A stretch of DNA of 64,000 nucleotides from Flaccisagitta enflata (taxonomy: Eukaryota). Shown here piece by piece: positions 1-34,150 of this stretch. The first letter of the stretch is position 1; each line of letters starts with the position of its first letter. The notes beneath the pieces were generated by a model, which saw only the letters and a list, made by a program, of their open reading frames with translations, had not been told where the DNA came from and did no database searches. The DNA lies in the NCBI GenBank assembly GCA_965153355.1, contig OZ231126.1, positions 48,112,001 to 48,176,000 of the forward strand, read 5' to 3'. The position numbers and the translations under genes were made by a program.

Positions 1-204
1 TGTGTATTGGATCAGCAATAAAAGCGTCGATTTCGTCCGATGATAAAGGGCGTTCTTCGGCGGCGACCACCGCCACTGAGGCAGCAACTGCATGAGATAC
101 AGATATGCAGATGCCAGGCCGCTCAACTCTAATATTAGCCTCCACCCATGCAGGTTGTAACACCCATTTGCCAGTTGAAAAAGCATCAATGGTGTCTTGA
201 CTGA
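1..204 (-). CDS. Partial coding exon with a BRCT-like motif; runs off the window start
   Basis: Minus-strand frame after AG acceptors at ~205/201 stays open to base 1: SQDTIDAFSTGKWVLQPAWVEANIRVERPG...; A-x3-GKW-x4-W resembles the C-terminal part of a BRCT repeat. Upstream exons not resolved. Confidence 0.35.
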
Positions 205-737
205 CTGTTCATTGCAAAAAAAGTGCATATTTGTCTCATACCAGGGTGCTCAAACACAATTTGTGTCAGGGGTGTAACCCAAATTTTCAGCCTCGATTCA
301 ATGATGGCAATTTTGGCCTTTTTTGGGTAAAAAAGCCACATAGTGAAGCAGATAAGGCAAGTCAATGATCATTTTTACTAATTTTGGGGTGAGGAATCCG
401 AATCTGTCGTGAAAAATCAACTAAGATCATTAGTTTGTTCAAAATAATCATTTTTGGGGCCCCGATCGAGCATTTTTTGCCCTTTTTCGGTAAAAAAAAC
501 ACTTAGCGAAGCAAAAGTGGCAAGTGAATGAACATTTTTACTAATTTGGGGGTGAGGAATCCAAATTTGTCGTGAAAAATTGACTAAGATCATTACTTTG
601 TTCACAATTGTTATTTTGGGAGCCCCGATCGAGCATTTTTTGCCTTTTTACGGTAAAAAAAACACTTAATGAGATAGCAATTGCGGTTCCATATTCTATC
701 TTCGTAATTTGACGGCTGGGGAATCAATTATGAAGTA

Positions 738-953
738 AACAAGGCCGGATACATGGCTACCCCAGTCGCGTGCAGGTGGGCAGAGGCTGTATTGGAGGTC
801 ACTTGATCATTTGGGCAGGAGCAGTGAGGCCATAGACCGCAAAAACCCCAAAAAAGTAAAGTGTGACGGACCGACGAGAGGATAAATGGATGGACGGAAC
901 GACGGACGAACCAGCAAGACAGGGTGTAGAGTCGCGTAGCACGTGACTAAAAA
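738..953 (+). mobile_element. DINE-1/Helentron-like non-autonomous element, family A copy
   Basis: Starts AACAAGGCCGGATAC...CAGTCGCGTG, has internal (CCGA/ACGG)n, ends GTAGAGTCGCGTAGCACGTGACTAAAA hairpin. Many related copies in the window. Confidence 0.6.
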
Positions 954-1034
954 TGGTCTAAGATGAATATCTTGATCATTCACTACCTCGTTCATTGCCC
1001 CGATTGAGCATTTTTGACTTTAGTTTGGTAAAAA

Positions 1035-1500
1035 ACAGGTTGCCCAAGGGCGATATGTGATCAGCGATACCCGTTTCCCTGCTTTGCATGATTGTCAAAT
1101 GTGAATAGGAGTGAGGGGAAGCAGGGCAGCAGACAAGTCCATCCGTCTGAGACTGTCCTGAGACGGCTCATTTGAAGCCTGTGAGGGTAGATTGGTAGCC
1201 TGAAATGGCTGGTTTCAGGCCTGGGATAGCAGATTCATTGCCTGAGGGCTGAATTGATGTCTGAGAAACCAGAGAGGGCTGATTTCAGTTCTGAAAGGGT
1301 AGCTGGCAGACTTAGGAAGGAAAATTTCAGGCTTGAGAGGGTAGATTTCAGGCCTGAGTAGGCTGATTTCAGGCCCGCAAGGGAGGGGGCCTGAGAGGAC
1401 AGAGTTTAGGTCTGAAAGGGGGACAAACGAACAAACAGACGGAATGATAGTAAAAGTCTCCCTGTGTTCTACAGGATTTTGTCCCTTTCGGGAACTCTGC
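1035..1500 (+). mobile_element. Dispersed inverted-repeat element, family B, with internal ~21-bp CTGAGAGGGCAGATTTCAGGC-type repeats
   Basis: Same start (GCCCAAGGGCGATATGTG.TCAGCG) and end (CCTGTGTTCTACAGGA..TCCC) as copies at ~50650-51233, 51600-52313, 53069-53963, 56484-56996. Confidence 0.6.
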
Positions 1501-1873
1501 TGAAACAGTTATTTATTGATGCAATTGTCGCATTCTATGGGCAATTTCATCAAGTTTGGGCAGGAAATCCCTATCATCAGTCAAAAAAGGCTCAAGATCA
1601 ATATCTCGATTGAAACGATGACGAGTGGAAGCATTTACTATATAGATATAAGTAACTTTAGAATGTTTTGTTTTTTTCTAAGTTGATTATGAAAAAAAAT
1701 CATTTTTTTTTTCAAGTCTTTTGTAAGATACATTTGGTTTCACATACACCAGTCACAATCTTAACCGGTAACCACTTATCAATCCACCCACACACCATCA
1801 TTTCCTGTGCAGGCGACACAAAAATGACCTAGATGTAATTGCAATGAAAGACTTGAAATACAATTATCTTATG

Positions 1874-2070
1874 AACAAGGCCATACCGTGACACAAGTCG
1901 CGTGCAGGTGGGCAGGGGCAGTGAAAAAATAGACCAACTGAGCTGTTAGGCAGGAGCAGTAACTCCAAAACCGCTCGAAGGCGCCAAAAAAGCAAAGTGT
2001 TACCAACGGACTGACAGACCGACGGACCAACCGACAGACGGTTGTTGAGTCGTGTGCACGCGACTAAAAA
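1874..2070 (+). mobile_element. DINE-1/Helentron-like element, family A copy
   Basis: AACAAGGCC start, GTCGCGTGCAGGTGGGCAGGGGC, CCGAC repeats, terminal GTCGTGTGCACGCGACTAAAA hairpin. Confidence 0.6.
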
Positions 2071-2954
2071 CCATTACTTTTTGAGGTTCATAGATTTATC
2101 ATTGACTTTATGACATTTTCATCATTTACATACAGATACTTTAATCTCTTTTCACGCCTTGAGGAATGTAGGCAACCTGGTTTTTAGGTGCGCCGTAGCA
2201 CCTCCATGGTCTATAGTCTATAATTGGTTGGTCACACTCGAGTTGAAAATCGCAAAAAATGTTTGAAGTCTCTTGAAAACTCGTAGTTTCATTTAATATC
2301 AAATTCATCTACAGTAAGGCCTGATAGAGCTTGGGTTAGATCTGATGGAGCTCGGTTTAGGTCTAGGAATTCATGTTTCTTGTCATTTCATTTATTGTCA
2401 TGTTCAATTATGGTTGGGTCTGAGAGAGCTTGGGATAGGTCTGATGGAGCTGGGGATAGGTCTAAGAATAAGTAACGCCAGGCCTTGTTAATAGATAAGC
2501 AGTTAGTCACAGACAGGCGACTCTACACCATGCTGTGCCGGTCCGTTAGTACGCCTGTCAGTCCATAAATTTTTAAAATGCGAGCATTTTTTTTGCATTG
2601 TTGCCCAAGTCCACCCATCTGTGAATGTATATGCATGCTTATTCATCCCTGCCAAGTAACCACTGACAATCCGGACCTGTCAACGTTAATTCAATTTACT
2701 GCTCGATCTAGGCAATTCTCGTCTCCAATGGAAACGATAGGAGATAGCTGAATATCGATTTCTAAAGATGGCTTTATATCGATTTTTGATATGAGTCACT
2801 AATGAATTACTAAGTGATCAACAATCCTGGTTATTTCTGTATCTTGTTAATTCCCAAGATCATACCTGGATCATAGAACATAGATGCATTCTTTTTCATC
2901 TACTGTAAACAAAACTCTCTCTCTCGAACTTTTCATTTTCCTCCTTTTCCTCCT

Positions 2955-3116
<162 letters not shown>

Positions 3117-3501
3117 TCTCTTCTCTTGCTGATTCCTTATTTCGATTTTGTCTCTCTCTCTCTCTTTTCCTTCTTCTTTTCTTTCTTTTCCTTTCTTTGA
3201 TTGTGCCCATTGATTGAGTCTCGCCTTGACAAGCCGATAAACATGATATCAATTTCTTTATATACACATAATGATACAGTTATTATTCGCTACTCCCTAT
3301 CAGGTTTCCTATAAATGTTTTACTTTATCTAGCATATAAATGCCGGGCAGACACTGATTAACCGATCAATTTGTACAGATTTGAATGCATATTGTAAATA
3401 GAAAAAAAAAGCCCAACCGGGCAACGATGCGTTCTGACTGTGTCTTTGCATATATGGACCTTGGCGGTAGACACGTGAGATATATTAAGGGATAGATGGA
3501 C

Positions 3502-3538
<37 letters not shown>

Positions 3539-5463
3539 CAGATTAAATGACAGTATCAAAAGTGTCTTTCAAACCATCCTGATGAGCGTTTGCCGTTTGG
3601 TTTATTTCAAGGCATCCAGCGATTCTTAAATAGGCGTAATGGACATACCAACAAACAGACTAACCCATGGACGGACAGACAGAAGGACAGACAGACCTTC
3701 TTATTGTGATGCATTCCTGATGGACACATGTAAAAGTGTTCACTTATCAATCATGAAGGACACATAATAAGCTAAAAAAGTTATCCAAACCGTACTGACA
3801 ATCAAACCCTTAGTTTGGTAGTCATTGACAAAAAGCTCATTTGCATATTGCAGTAAATTGGTACATTTTAAATTTCCGCGTTGGGTTAGATTTGGAAGCA
3901 AAAAGATTAATTGTCAATGGTTTAGAATGCCATTGCCAACGATAAATCCTAATTTTTTTAGGGTTGAAAATATATCTTTTTTATTATTGAACTTTAGAAA
4001 AATTTTTTTTTACCTCATTTTACCCCTCGGTTGAAAACGGCCTATGTTTATAGTATACAATTTTCAAGTCATCCGGAGGCATGTAGGCCTTGATTTTGTC
4101 GGGCTTGAGCACCCTGGGTTTTAGTAAAAATGCAGTTTTTTTGTATGGAACATCTAGCCAAGACGTTTGTGTCGTCAGATCACCGCTCAAATGAACGCTA
4201 GGGCCCTGATTAGACTCTGATGGGCTATATCTACTAATATATTCCGTTTTTTTCCGTTTGAATCTCCCCCCCCCCTTGTAGGAAGTCGAGCATCACACCA
4301 CTGCGCTGCTTAGTCTGTTTGTCTTTCGGTCCGTCCACTTATGTCGCTCATGACCACTGTGTATCCAAGTAAACGTGAGTAGTGTCTAGACAACTGACAA
4401 GTGTTGTCCTGTCAAACTCGCCATGGCCGCCATAGCCCATACTGTTCTTTTAAAAAATTGCTGTTTCACCTCTGCCTCCCCCCCTTCCAAAGCACAAATG
4501 TAAAATAGAACCAATAGCATAATCTTTACCAGCGATGATCCACGTGAGTGATTTCATTGTAAAAAAAAAGAGAACTTAATGGAGTAATCGATTTATCCCT
4601 TTTATACGCTATATGCTCGATTCTAACAAAGGCAACTATTGTTTTGCGTTAGATTGAGGCGGTTTGATAAAGCACATTTGAATGAAAATGTAAAACTAAA
4701 AGTTAAGATATCTTAATGCGCTGTTGCTGTTGGAGAACCTCATTCATTCTGTCAGCTCGTCTCACTGATTTTGAGCAGCAGCCCTAAATAGTCTGATTAC
4801 CTGTGCTACACGTGGGGAAATCCTTTTTTCTATATGTACCACTCGGCTAAAATCAAAACAAAAAAACGCACCTGTTAATAAATTAATAAAACAGGTATAA
4901 GAATTAATTTTAACAATTTTCAAAGAAGACATCTTAAACAACTTTTGAAAAATCTTGCAATCTAGACCAATCCACTAGCTCTGTATCTCAAACGGTTTAG
5001 AAGCTAGAGCCCCGTAAAGAGAAGCACTAAGCTTTGCTAAAATGCATTTTTGAATATTGGTTGAGAAACTGAAATAGGCAACGTTTTTACTCAAACTGAT
5101 GCAATTTCTATACGAAAAAGATAGCAACGCCAGAGTGGCGCCAAATGAAAGTAATATTAAAGGCCTTTATGGTAAGTTTTTCCAATATTCATAGGTAAAA
5201 TTAGCCATCCAAAAGTGCGTCTTTTTTTTTTGGGGGGGGGGGGTCGTATGGTATATTGTGATCTGTACTACACTCACTATGATTCATGGATACAATTAGA
5301 AATTCTAAGCTTGAATTTCGGTTGATATTCAAATTTTAGAGCTGCATTTCTATTTGAGGCCCCATTTACACTGATTAGGGGTGCACCCGGGTGGCAAGTA
5401 CTGCTAAACATCTAACGCTTCTGTTAAGTCTGCTGTATCTGTCTTTCCGTGCATCTTTGTCTC

Positions 5464-5740
<277 letters not shown>

Positions 5741-5988
5741 GATTTTGTGCACCATAAACTGCGGGCTTAAGTGCGCTTTATTCATTACAGGCGTTCAGCG
5801 GAGCGCAAAAAAACGGGAGAGTGCTGTCGGCATTTTCATTACTTAAATGTTTTAACGTCTTCATTAAGTCAGTGCAATGACCATTGGCAATGACGATGTC
5901 AGCGATGTGAACGCAGATGATGGCACTTCTGGCGTCGACGACGGAATGACGCTTGTTTCTTTGGCGCGCTTTACGTCTTTGAGGCGCC

Positions 5989-6055
5989 TATAAAAAGACG
6001 GCGCTCGTGCAGAAAGAGAGCGTTTGGCGCCTGTCTTCATAGATTCTGCTCTGAG
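5989..6055 (+). promoter_or_regulatory. Candidate TATA box and non-coding first exon of the prokineticin-like gene
   Basis: TATAAAAAG at 5989-5997 in a CpG-rich patch; strong donor GAG|GTAAG at 6056; acceptor TTTCAAG at 6299 leads into the signal-peptide exon. Confidence 0.5.
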
Positions 6056-6361
6056 GTAAGAGGAATGGTTCTATCTTCATTAAAGACAATCAAAAATTAA
6101 GAAACACATTAGCGCTCGATCTTTATAGTCACTAATTGTTCATTTCATACATTTTTAAATGCTTTTAATCATATTGATGGGCTTTAGAGTAGCTATTTTC
6201 AATCTATTAGTAAGTTACTGATGGTTCGTATAAGTAAAACGCGTTGTGGTTTTGCAGTATAATCAATAAAATATTTTCTATAACTTCTCCAATTTCAAGG
6301 GTTTTCAATGCATCAAAAGGCAAGACACGGCGAAGAATTTGCTTTATCTAAGTTGCAGTTC

Positions 6362-24927
<18,566 letters not shown>

Positions 24928-26237
24928 ATTTTGCCCTCTTATTTATGTTTTTTTTTCAATTAACTTCTGCAAACTAAAGAAAACCTACCAAAAAAAAAAA
25001 ACAACATATATATAAAATAACGACTGCTCTTCGCTTACTTTTAACTGATTTTGTTTAATGACCAAACTTGCTGACTTATGTTTTATCTCTCTAAATGATG
25101 CGTGTTATATAATTTATTTATCATTACCATTGTTCTTTTTGGAAATTTTTGCATGCGTGCTCCCCTTCAATGATAAACTTTGATAAACTGTACTGGTTCT
25201 AACTAGCATTGAATGCCGTTGATTGCTTACTTTCTGCCACTCATGTCATTTAATCTTTTATAACTATATTCACATTAATTATTTGTTTTTGCTTGTTGGG
25301 TTATATCACTTTAAACATAAAAGGGAATCTCGGCTAAATCATCGTATGGGCCTCGATATTTTTCATCTATTAAAATGAAGGATTATCGTATTATCGTGAA
25401 ACTAAATGATTTGTTTACTCAACATCATATAGAAGAAAGATGAAAAATATCTCTTAAGAATCAAAAACATTTCCATTGAATTTTCCTCCAAGGGGCCGAC
25501 TGAGGTCTTTTAAGGTGGGTCATTGTCAACAGGGGGGAAAAACTTTATTTCATATGAATAATTTGAAGATTTAGTATGTCATTCTCTAGGACAAGCACGC
25601 GATCTGGGACTTGATCTTGAAGCAATGACTGTTTTTCAATTCCTATATCAGACATTTATTTGCAAAAAAATTTCATTGGTGTATGAGAACAATTTTAAGT
25701 AAATCAAGTACTTAAAAATAAAGCATACATGCACAGGAATCTTTTTTCTCAAGACAAATTTTCTTAATATTGCTTTTTGAATGGCTTGAGCTGTAGATGC
25801 CAGATTGGTCTCAAATGAAGGGTAACTCGATTTTCTTTTATTTGAGACAATCACTTATCTGTAGATCAAGTTATTTGGAAATGAGAGTAATTGAGAATTG
25901 AGATATATTTTAGCTCTACTTTGAGTATTTTCTCTCACAGTATTGCTTTCCACTGCTGATTCTGAGCGGCAATCACATCGATTTATCAATGAGCTCCTAC
26001 AACCCAGACATGTGGAGGGGAAACGTTTTGTAATCAACACAGTGAGAAACAGAAAGGGAATAGGAAATTGTTTTACAGTGATGATCTTATATGATCTTGA
26101 CCTAATAGATTGTTCAGTTTTATGGGATTTTACATTGCAAGTGTCATTCTATCTTTTAAAAGATTCTTTCTGAGTTTTGATGGATCGTTATCAGTCATTT
26201 CTAGATATTGATATGGTTCTCTTTTCCCCTCTTCTGT

Positions 26238-26375
26238 TTTTAGTCGCGGACACGCAACTCTACACCTTGCTGTGTCGGTCGGTACGTTACGAATTTTGTT
26301 GAATTCCGAGCGAATATTGCATTACCGCCCCTGCCCAATCGTCCGCGACTGTCTTGCCTTGTATCCGGCCTTGTT
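26238..26375 (-). mobile_element. DINE-1/Helentron-like family A copy
   Basis: TTTTAGTCGCGGACACGCAACTCTACACC...GTATCCGGCCTTGTT. Confidence 0.65.
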
Positions 26376-26921
26376 ATTCTTTCAACATGGTCTAAACAAA
26401 TATGATACAACATGGTTAACAGGAACTGATAAATTGTCCATGGATAACGATCTCTCTCTAATAAAATCAATGCTGCACTAATGCTTTTCTATTGATTTCT
26501 TGTCGGAACTACAGGTGTGCCAAGTTTGCATGTAAATGATGAAACAAGATCATCCATGATTAGATAGGAAAGCTTTAAAGATTGCTTCCAAATGCCATAA
26601 GTATAACACTATGACAGGAACTATTTGCGTAAGCAAATCATTTGACAGATAAAACTCGGCCAATAAGTAGTCGCTTGCGGATCGGGATGGACAAGTATGA
26701 GAGTGGACGGGGGCTGTAAAGCTCAAATGTGGGTATTTCAGCCTATCAATTTCATGCGGGGACGTCAAGTAGGGCCTAGATTTTTTTCCTCAGCTTACTG
26801 CCCACGCAGTGCGACGATATTGTTGCATGTACAGTTGTACACCGCGTTGCTTGTTTCTTGACAACTGAAGTCCTTGTTGTGTCCCACGATGATATGATTG
26901 TGCATATGATAGGTGGATCAT

Positions 26922-27338
26922 TTGCGTGCTTCGCATAGCAAAAAATTTGATTTTCTTCTCGTCCCGCTAGCCCAATATGGAGTGAAAAAAATCATGAAGA
27001 TGACCGTTTTCCTCTTCTCAAAATTCCTTCATCTTCCGTTTTTGTTTTGGCCTTAAAGTTTACTCAGATTTCCCAGAATTCAGCAAAATCCTGTGTAGTC
27101 TTGTTACAAAAGGAACAATTGTTAGTTTTAGAAAACCATGATTTTTATAAAAATGAATCAAAATATTTTTCATCCCACTGCAATATACAAATTAGGCTCT
27201 CAAAAACAATTTTCTAAAAAACGGAAGATGAACAATTTTTGATAAAAGAAAAATGGCAAGGGTCCTCAAATTGCCCACTCTACATTAGGTAAAGAGGATG
27301 AAAAGAAATAAGCAACTTTTGCTATGTGAAGCACCCAA
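26922..27338. mobile_element. MITE with 9-bp target-site duplication
   Basis: TIRs TTGCGTGCTTCGCATAGCAAAA / TTTTGCTATGTGAAGCACCCAA; exact flanking repeat GTGGATCAT at 26913-26921 and 27339-27347. Confidence 0.75.
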
Positions 27339-27700
27339 GTGGATCATGGAACAATATCCCTCACTATACCCACACTAAAAAATATGGAAAAGGGGGTTGT
27401 GAGCCCTCACCGATTAGTTGTTACGCGCATCACTCCTAGTTTTCCATTTTGCAAAACTAACTTGCAAACATTCATTCTGAGTCTAACCCGAATGTAATGC
27501 TTACCAAAATAGATAAAGGCGAAAGATTGTTGCCAGTGTTACCAAAATTCAACAAATCACCCAAGGGTAACATGGTTAAGAAACCATATCCTGAAAGGTT
27601 AGAATCGAGGTCAAGCTTAATGCAACCGCCGGACATTCTAATCTAAGGTACTAAGTAGTATGATAATTGATAGGTGGAACAATATTCCTCACTATCGCTA

Positions 27701-28580
27701 CACTCTTTTTTAGTCGCGTGAACGCGACTCTAGAAGTCGCTATGTCGGTCGGTCGGTCGGTCGGTCGGTAACGTAACATTTTTGAAATATAGCTTTAGTC
27801 TTTATTCTAAAGACACTTAAGGTTACTTTAGAGTACTTAAAGGTACTTTAGGGTACTTAAGGGTAATTTAGGGTACTTTAGGGTACTTAAGGGTACTATA
27901 GGTATTAAAGGTACTATAGGGTACTTTAGGGTACTTAAGAGTGTTTTAGGGTGCTTTAGGGTACATTAGGTACTTTAGGGTACTTAAAGGTACTTTGAGT
28001 ATTTTATTCTAATTTATTACCTTTATTACCTTTAACTTTACTACCCTTACCTTTGCCTGTATTACCTTTACCTTTATTACCTTTACCTTTATTACCTCTT
28101 TAACCTTTATTACCTTTATTACTTTTATTACCTTTATTACCTTTATTACCTTAATTACCTTTATTACCACGCGACTAAGGTTTGTTGACCTTGTTTCTTA
28201 TAAGAACAGGTTATTTTTTTCTGAGGTTCAATGTTCTTATTTTTAAAGTGATTTGAGGCTCAAATTGTTCTTAAGATGTTCTTATTTTTTCTAATTGTCA
28301 GCTTTTACAAGAATGATCTAATTCTAATTAAAAGGATATGAGAACTAAAATATCAATCACAAACAAAGTGTAAGACTGATTGATGTAAGCCATAATAACA
28401 CAGTCATAATTCTTTTTATTTACAGCAGTTCCCTCATTAACCTAGAGCAAAACCAGTAAGAATGTTCTTATAATCCTCCCTATTGTGAGGCTGACGATGT
28501 TCTTATGATTGTTCTTATTTTTTTTCAAATCTGAGCCTCAATGTTCTTATAAACAAGGTTCTTAGTCAAAGAAAAGAGTG
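27701..28580. mobile_element. TA-flanked MITE with a nested Helentron-like insertion in its left TIR
   Basis: ta|CACTCTTTT[insert ~27710-28195]TCTTATAAGAAC ... GTTCTTAGTCAAAGAAAAGAGTG|ta. Confidence 0.65.
27708..28195 (-). mobile_element. DINE-1/Helentron-like element with internal (TAGGGTACTT)n and (TTTATTACC)n arrays
   Basis: Hairpin TAGTCGCGTGAACGCGACT, (GTCG)n, arrays, then CACGCGACTAAGGTTTGTTGACCTTGTT end; inserted in a T run. Confidence 0.7.
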
Positions 28581-28733
28581 TACGTATACCCAAACTGAAA
28601 AATATGTAAGAGAGCCTTGTGAGCCCTCACTGACGTTCCAACTAAGCAAAATTCTCGAGGCTGGCCTGTTTCGTCCGTGTGTATGTGTACCCGTAACGTG
28701 ATTTCGAATCATTGACAAAATGCATCTTGAGTT

Positions 28734-28918
<185 letters not shown>

Positions 28919-29370
28919 TTTCTTTGTTTTTGATTCATCTCAACAATTTGACGCATGCGATCCAAGCGGTAAGGGCTAAAACAAAAGCCCACAATTCCGT
29001 CGCGACACGCCCACCGCCAGATGACAATTAATTATTTTTATACATTTTTCATAGACTTTTACCTATTTATATGTACGTGCATCGCTTTTTGAACTAATAA
29101 AAACATTTGCAGCTTTTCTGCATCCTCTCATGATTTGTCACTGACGGTGACAGTCACTCGTTTTGCTTTTTCAAAGGGTACTTCTGTAAAGAGAAGCAAA
29201 AGCAAAAAAAGGGTCTAACGATCGAGATGCTTCAGACTCGTCACATAGTTGCTGTCTGTTCAGTCGTTAATTGTTGCAATCACCCAGGAACTCTTAGTCC
29301 CAGATGTTGCCATGCAATGAAACAATGATTTTTTTTTAAGTAAACGAACCATAAAAGTATATACAGAGAG

Positions 29371-29454
<84 letters not shown>

Positions 29455-29707
29455 ATAAATGATTTGAGTAATCACTCAATGAACATCAAGAATAAATGGT
29501 ACCATTTCTGCCATCCACTTTTCCGTAACATCAGCTCCGTATCCGATAATAGCCAATAATCCAGTCCAATACACCGGCAAACCCCAACTTAGACCATCTA
29601 TATCCAATATCCAACATCTTCAGCACAACGCGGATCCAGAATAGCAAATAGCAATAGCAATGACGATATATTACAGCAGCGGTGCAAATCCCAACGACAA
29701 CTGAGAC

Positions 29708-30960
<1,253 letters not shown>

Positions 30961-31120
30961 CTCGTCGCGTCGGACTCGTCGCGTTGGTCCGTCCCGAATC
31001 TAGTGGAAGTCCGTCTTTGTTGCTAAGTTTTGTTGAAGACTTGTCTTAACCGTTGCAGCTTATTTGGGCCTCATGCTTCTTTTTTATCCCGCAGCTGGAA
31101 CATCAGTACCCGGCGCCAAC

Positions 31121-34070
31121 ATGGAGAAGATAGACGAGCAAGACAAACTCTTGGAGGAGGCGAAAACCAACGTGAAGATGCAGTCTTTACACATGAAACG
31201 TTGTTTGGACAAAGGCAAGCTGATGGACGGTTTGAAACACGCATCGTCCATGTTGGCCGAACTACGCACTTCGTTACTCTCTCCAAAGCGCTACTACGAG
31301 CTGTACATGGCGATTTACGACGAACTGCGTCATTTGGAGCTCTTCCTCGTGGAGGAGTTTCAAAAAGGACGCAAAGTGGCTGATTTGTACGAGTTGGTGC
31401 AGTACGCGGGAAATATCGTTCCTCGTCTCTATCTCCTCGTCACCGTCGGGGTCGTCTACATAAAATGCCAAGAAATGTCGCGCAAGGACATCCTCCGCGA
31501 TTTAGTCGAGATGTGTCGCGGCGTTCAGCACCCGCTCAGAGGGCTTTTCCTGCGCAATTACTTGTTGCAGTGTACCCGAAATCTACTACCGGATACGCCG
31601 GCTTCAGAGGTAAACTGCATTATCTACCGCTCGATCAACCACTGAAATTAACCATACAATACTGTTTAATCGATCGCCCATCAACTCAATTGTTCATTCT
31701 ACTATTCAATAATTCAACTGATCATCTCTCAATCATTCATTTATCTGATGAATGATCCAATCAATCATTAAATCTTGTAATTCAATCAACCGTAGAATTA
31801 GCATAAGCAATCATTTGTTTACCGTTTGATGTATCTATCTGAAGACCGTTTAATCTATTGACCATTTGATCTATTCATCGTTTGATCTACTAACCGCTTG
31901 ATCTATCAACCATTTGATCCATTAACCATTCAATCTATCTACCATTCAATCTATCAACCATGCAGTCTAGCAACCATTTGATCCATTATCCATTCAATCT
32001 ATCTACCATTCAATCTATCAACCATTCAGTCTATCAACCATTCAGTCTATCAACCATTCAGTCTATCAACCGTTCAGTCTATCAACCGTTCAGTCTATCA
32101 ACCGTTCAGTCTATCAACCTTTCAGTCTATCAACCTTTCAGTCTATCAACCATTCAGTCTATCAACCATTCGATCTATCAACCATTCGATCTATCAACCA
32201 TTCGATCTATCGACCATTCGATCTATCGACCATTCGATCTATCGACCATTCGATCTATCGACCATTCGATCTATCGACCATTCGATCTATCGACCATTCG
32301 ATCTATCGACCATTCGATCTATCGACCATTCGATCTATCGACCATTCGATCTATCGACCATTCGATCTATCGACCATTCGATCTATCGACCATGCGATCT
32401 ATCGACCATGGGATCTATCGACCATGCGATCTATCGACCATGCGATCTATCGACCATTCGATCTATCGACCATTCGATCTATCGACCGTTTGATCTATCC
32501 ACCGTTTGATCTATCCACCGTTTGATCTATCACCGTTTGATCGATCCACCGTTTGATCGATCCACCGTTTGATCTATCCACCGTTTGATCTATCCACCGT
32601 TTGATCTATCCACCATTTGATCTATCCACCATTTGATCTATCCACCATTTGATCTATCCACCATTTGATCTATCCACCATTTGATCTATCCATCATTTGA
32701 TCTATCCACCATTTGATCTATCCACCACTTGATCTATCCACCATTTGATCTATCCACCATTTGATCTATCCACCATTTGATCTATCCACCATTTGATCTA
32801 TCCACCATTTGATCTATCCACCATTTGATCTATCCACCATTTGATCTATCCACCATTTGATCTATCCACCATTTGATCTATCCACCATTTGATCTATCCA
32901 CCATTTGATCTATCCACCATTTGATCTATCCAGTATCCACCATTTGATCAATCCACCATTTGATCTATCCACCATCTGATCTATCCACCACCTGCTCTAG
33001 CAATCATCTGCGCTATCAATCATCTGCTCGATCCAACCATCTGTTCTATCCAACCATCTGTTCTATCCAACCATCTGCTCTATCCAACCATCTGCTCTAT
33101 CCAACCATCTGCTCTATCCAACCATCTGCTCTAGATCCGACCATCTGCTCTAGATCCGACCATCTGCTCTAGATCCGACCATCTGCTCTAGATCCGACCA
33201 TCTGCTCTAGATCCGACCATCTGCTCTAGATCTGACCATCTGCTCTAGATCTGACCATCTGCTCTATCCACCCAGCTGCTCTATCCAATCAGCTTCTCTT
33301 TCCAATCATCTTCTCTTTCCAACCATCTCTATCGACAGTAATATCCGTCAACCGTTTTATCTATCAATGTCATGTCTTTCCCCCTCCCTCTCTCTTCCAC
33401 TCCCTCTCTCTTTCCACTCCCTCTCTCTTTCCACTCCCTCTCTCTTTCCACTCCCTCTCTCTTTCCACTCCCTCTCTCTTTCCACTTCCTCCCTCCACTC
33501 CCTCTTTCCTTCCTCTCTCTTTCCACTCTCTCTCTTTCCACTCTCTCTCTTTCCACTCCTCTTTCTCTCTCTCTTCCACCCTCTCTCTTTCCACTCCTCT
33601 CTTCCACTCCTCTTTTCCATCCCTCCCACCCCTCTTCCACCTCCCTCTCTTTCCACTCCCTCTCTCTCTTTCCACTCCCTCTCTCTCTTTCCACTCCCTC
33701 TCTCTTTCCACTCCCTCTTTCCTCAGGCTATTATCAACGGACCTCCCGTGGAACAGCCTCAGTTCCAAAACAACCCCTCGGGCGAAGGCAGCGGCGCCGG
33801 CACCGTTCGCGATTCCATCGAGTTCATCCTGACCAACTTCTCCGAGATGAACAAGTTGTGGGTGCGAATGCAGCATCAAGGGCATTCTCGCGATCGCGAC
33901 CGTCGAGAGCAAGAGCGTCGGGAACTTCGGCTTCTCGTCGGCACCAATCTCGTCCGTCTCACGGAACTGGATTCCATCGATGCTCAGATCTACGAGAAGA
34001 ACGTACTGCCTTGCGTTCTCGAACAGGTAAGCGACGGGTCTTATTGTTTCTCTTCCGCTCTCGTTATTTT

Positions 34071-34150
<80 letters not shown>

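Noticed and set aside
26575-26640. Minus-strand FAYANSSCHSVILMAFGSNL resembling GPCR TM7
   Set aside because: Bounded by stop codons, and no other transmembrane exons found nearby.
27820-28000. TTAGGG-containing repeats as interstitial telomere
   Set aside because: The unit is a 10-mer (TAGGGTACTT) inside a mobile element, not (TTAGGG)n.
31960-32493. 177-aa repetitive ORF
   Set aside because: 16-bp minisatellite in an intron.
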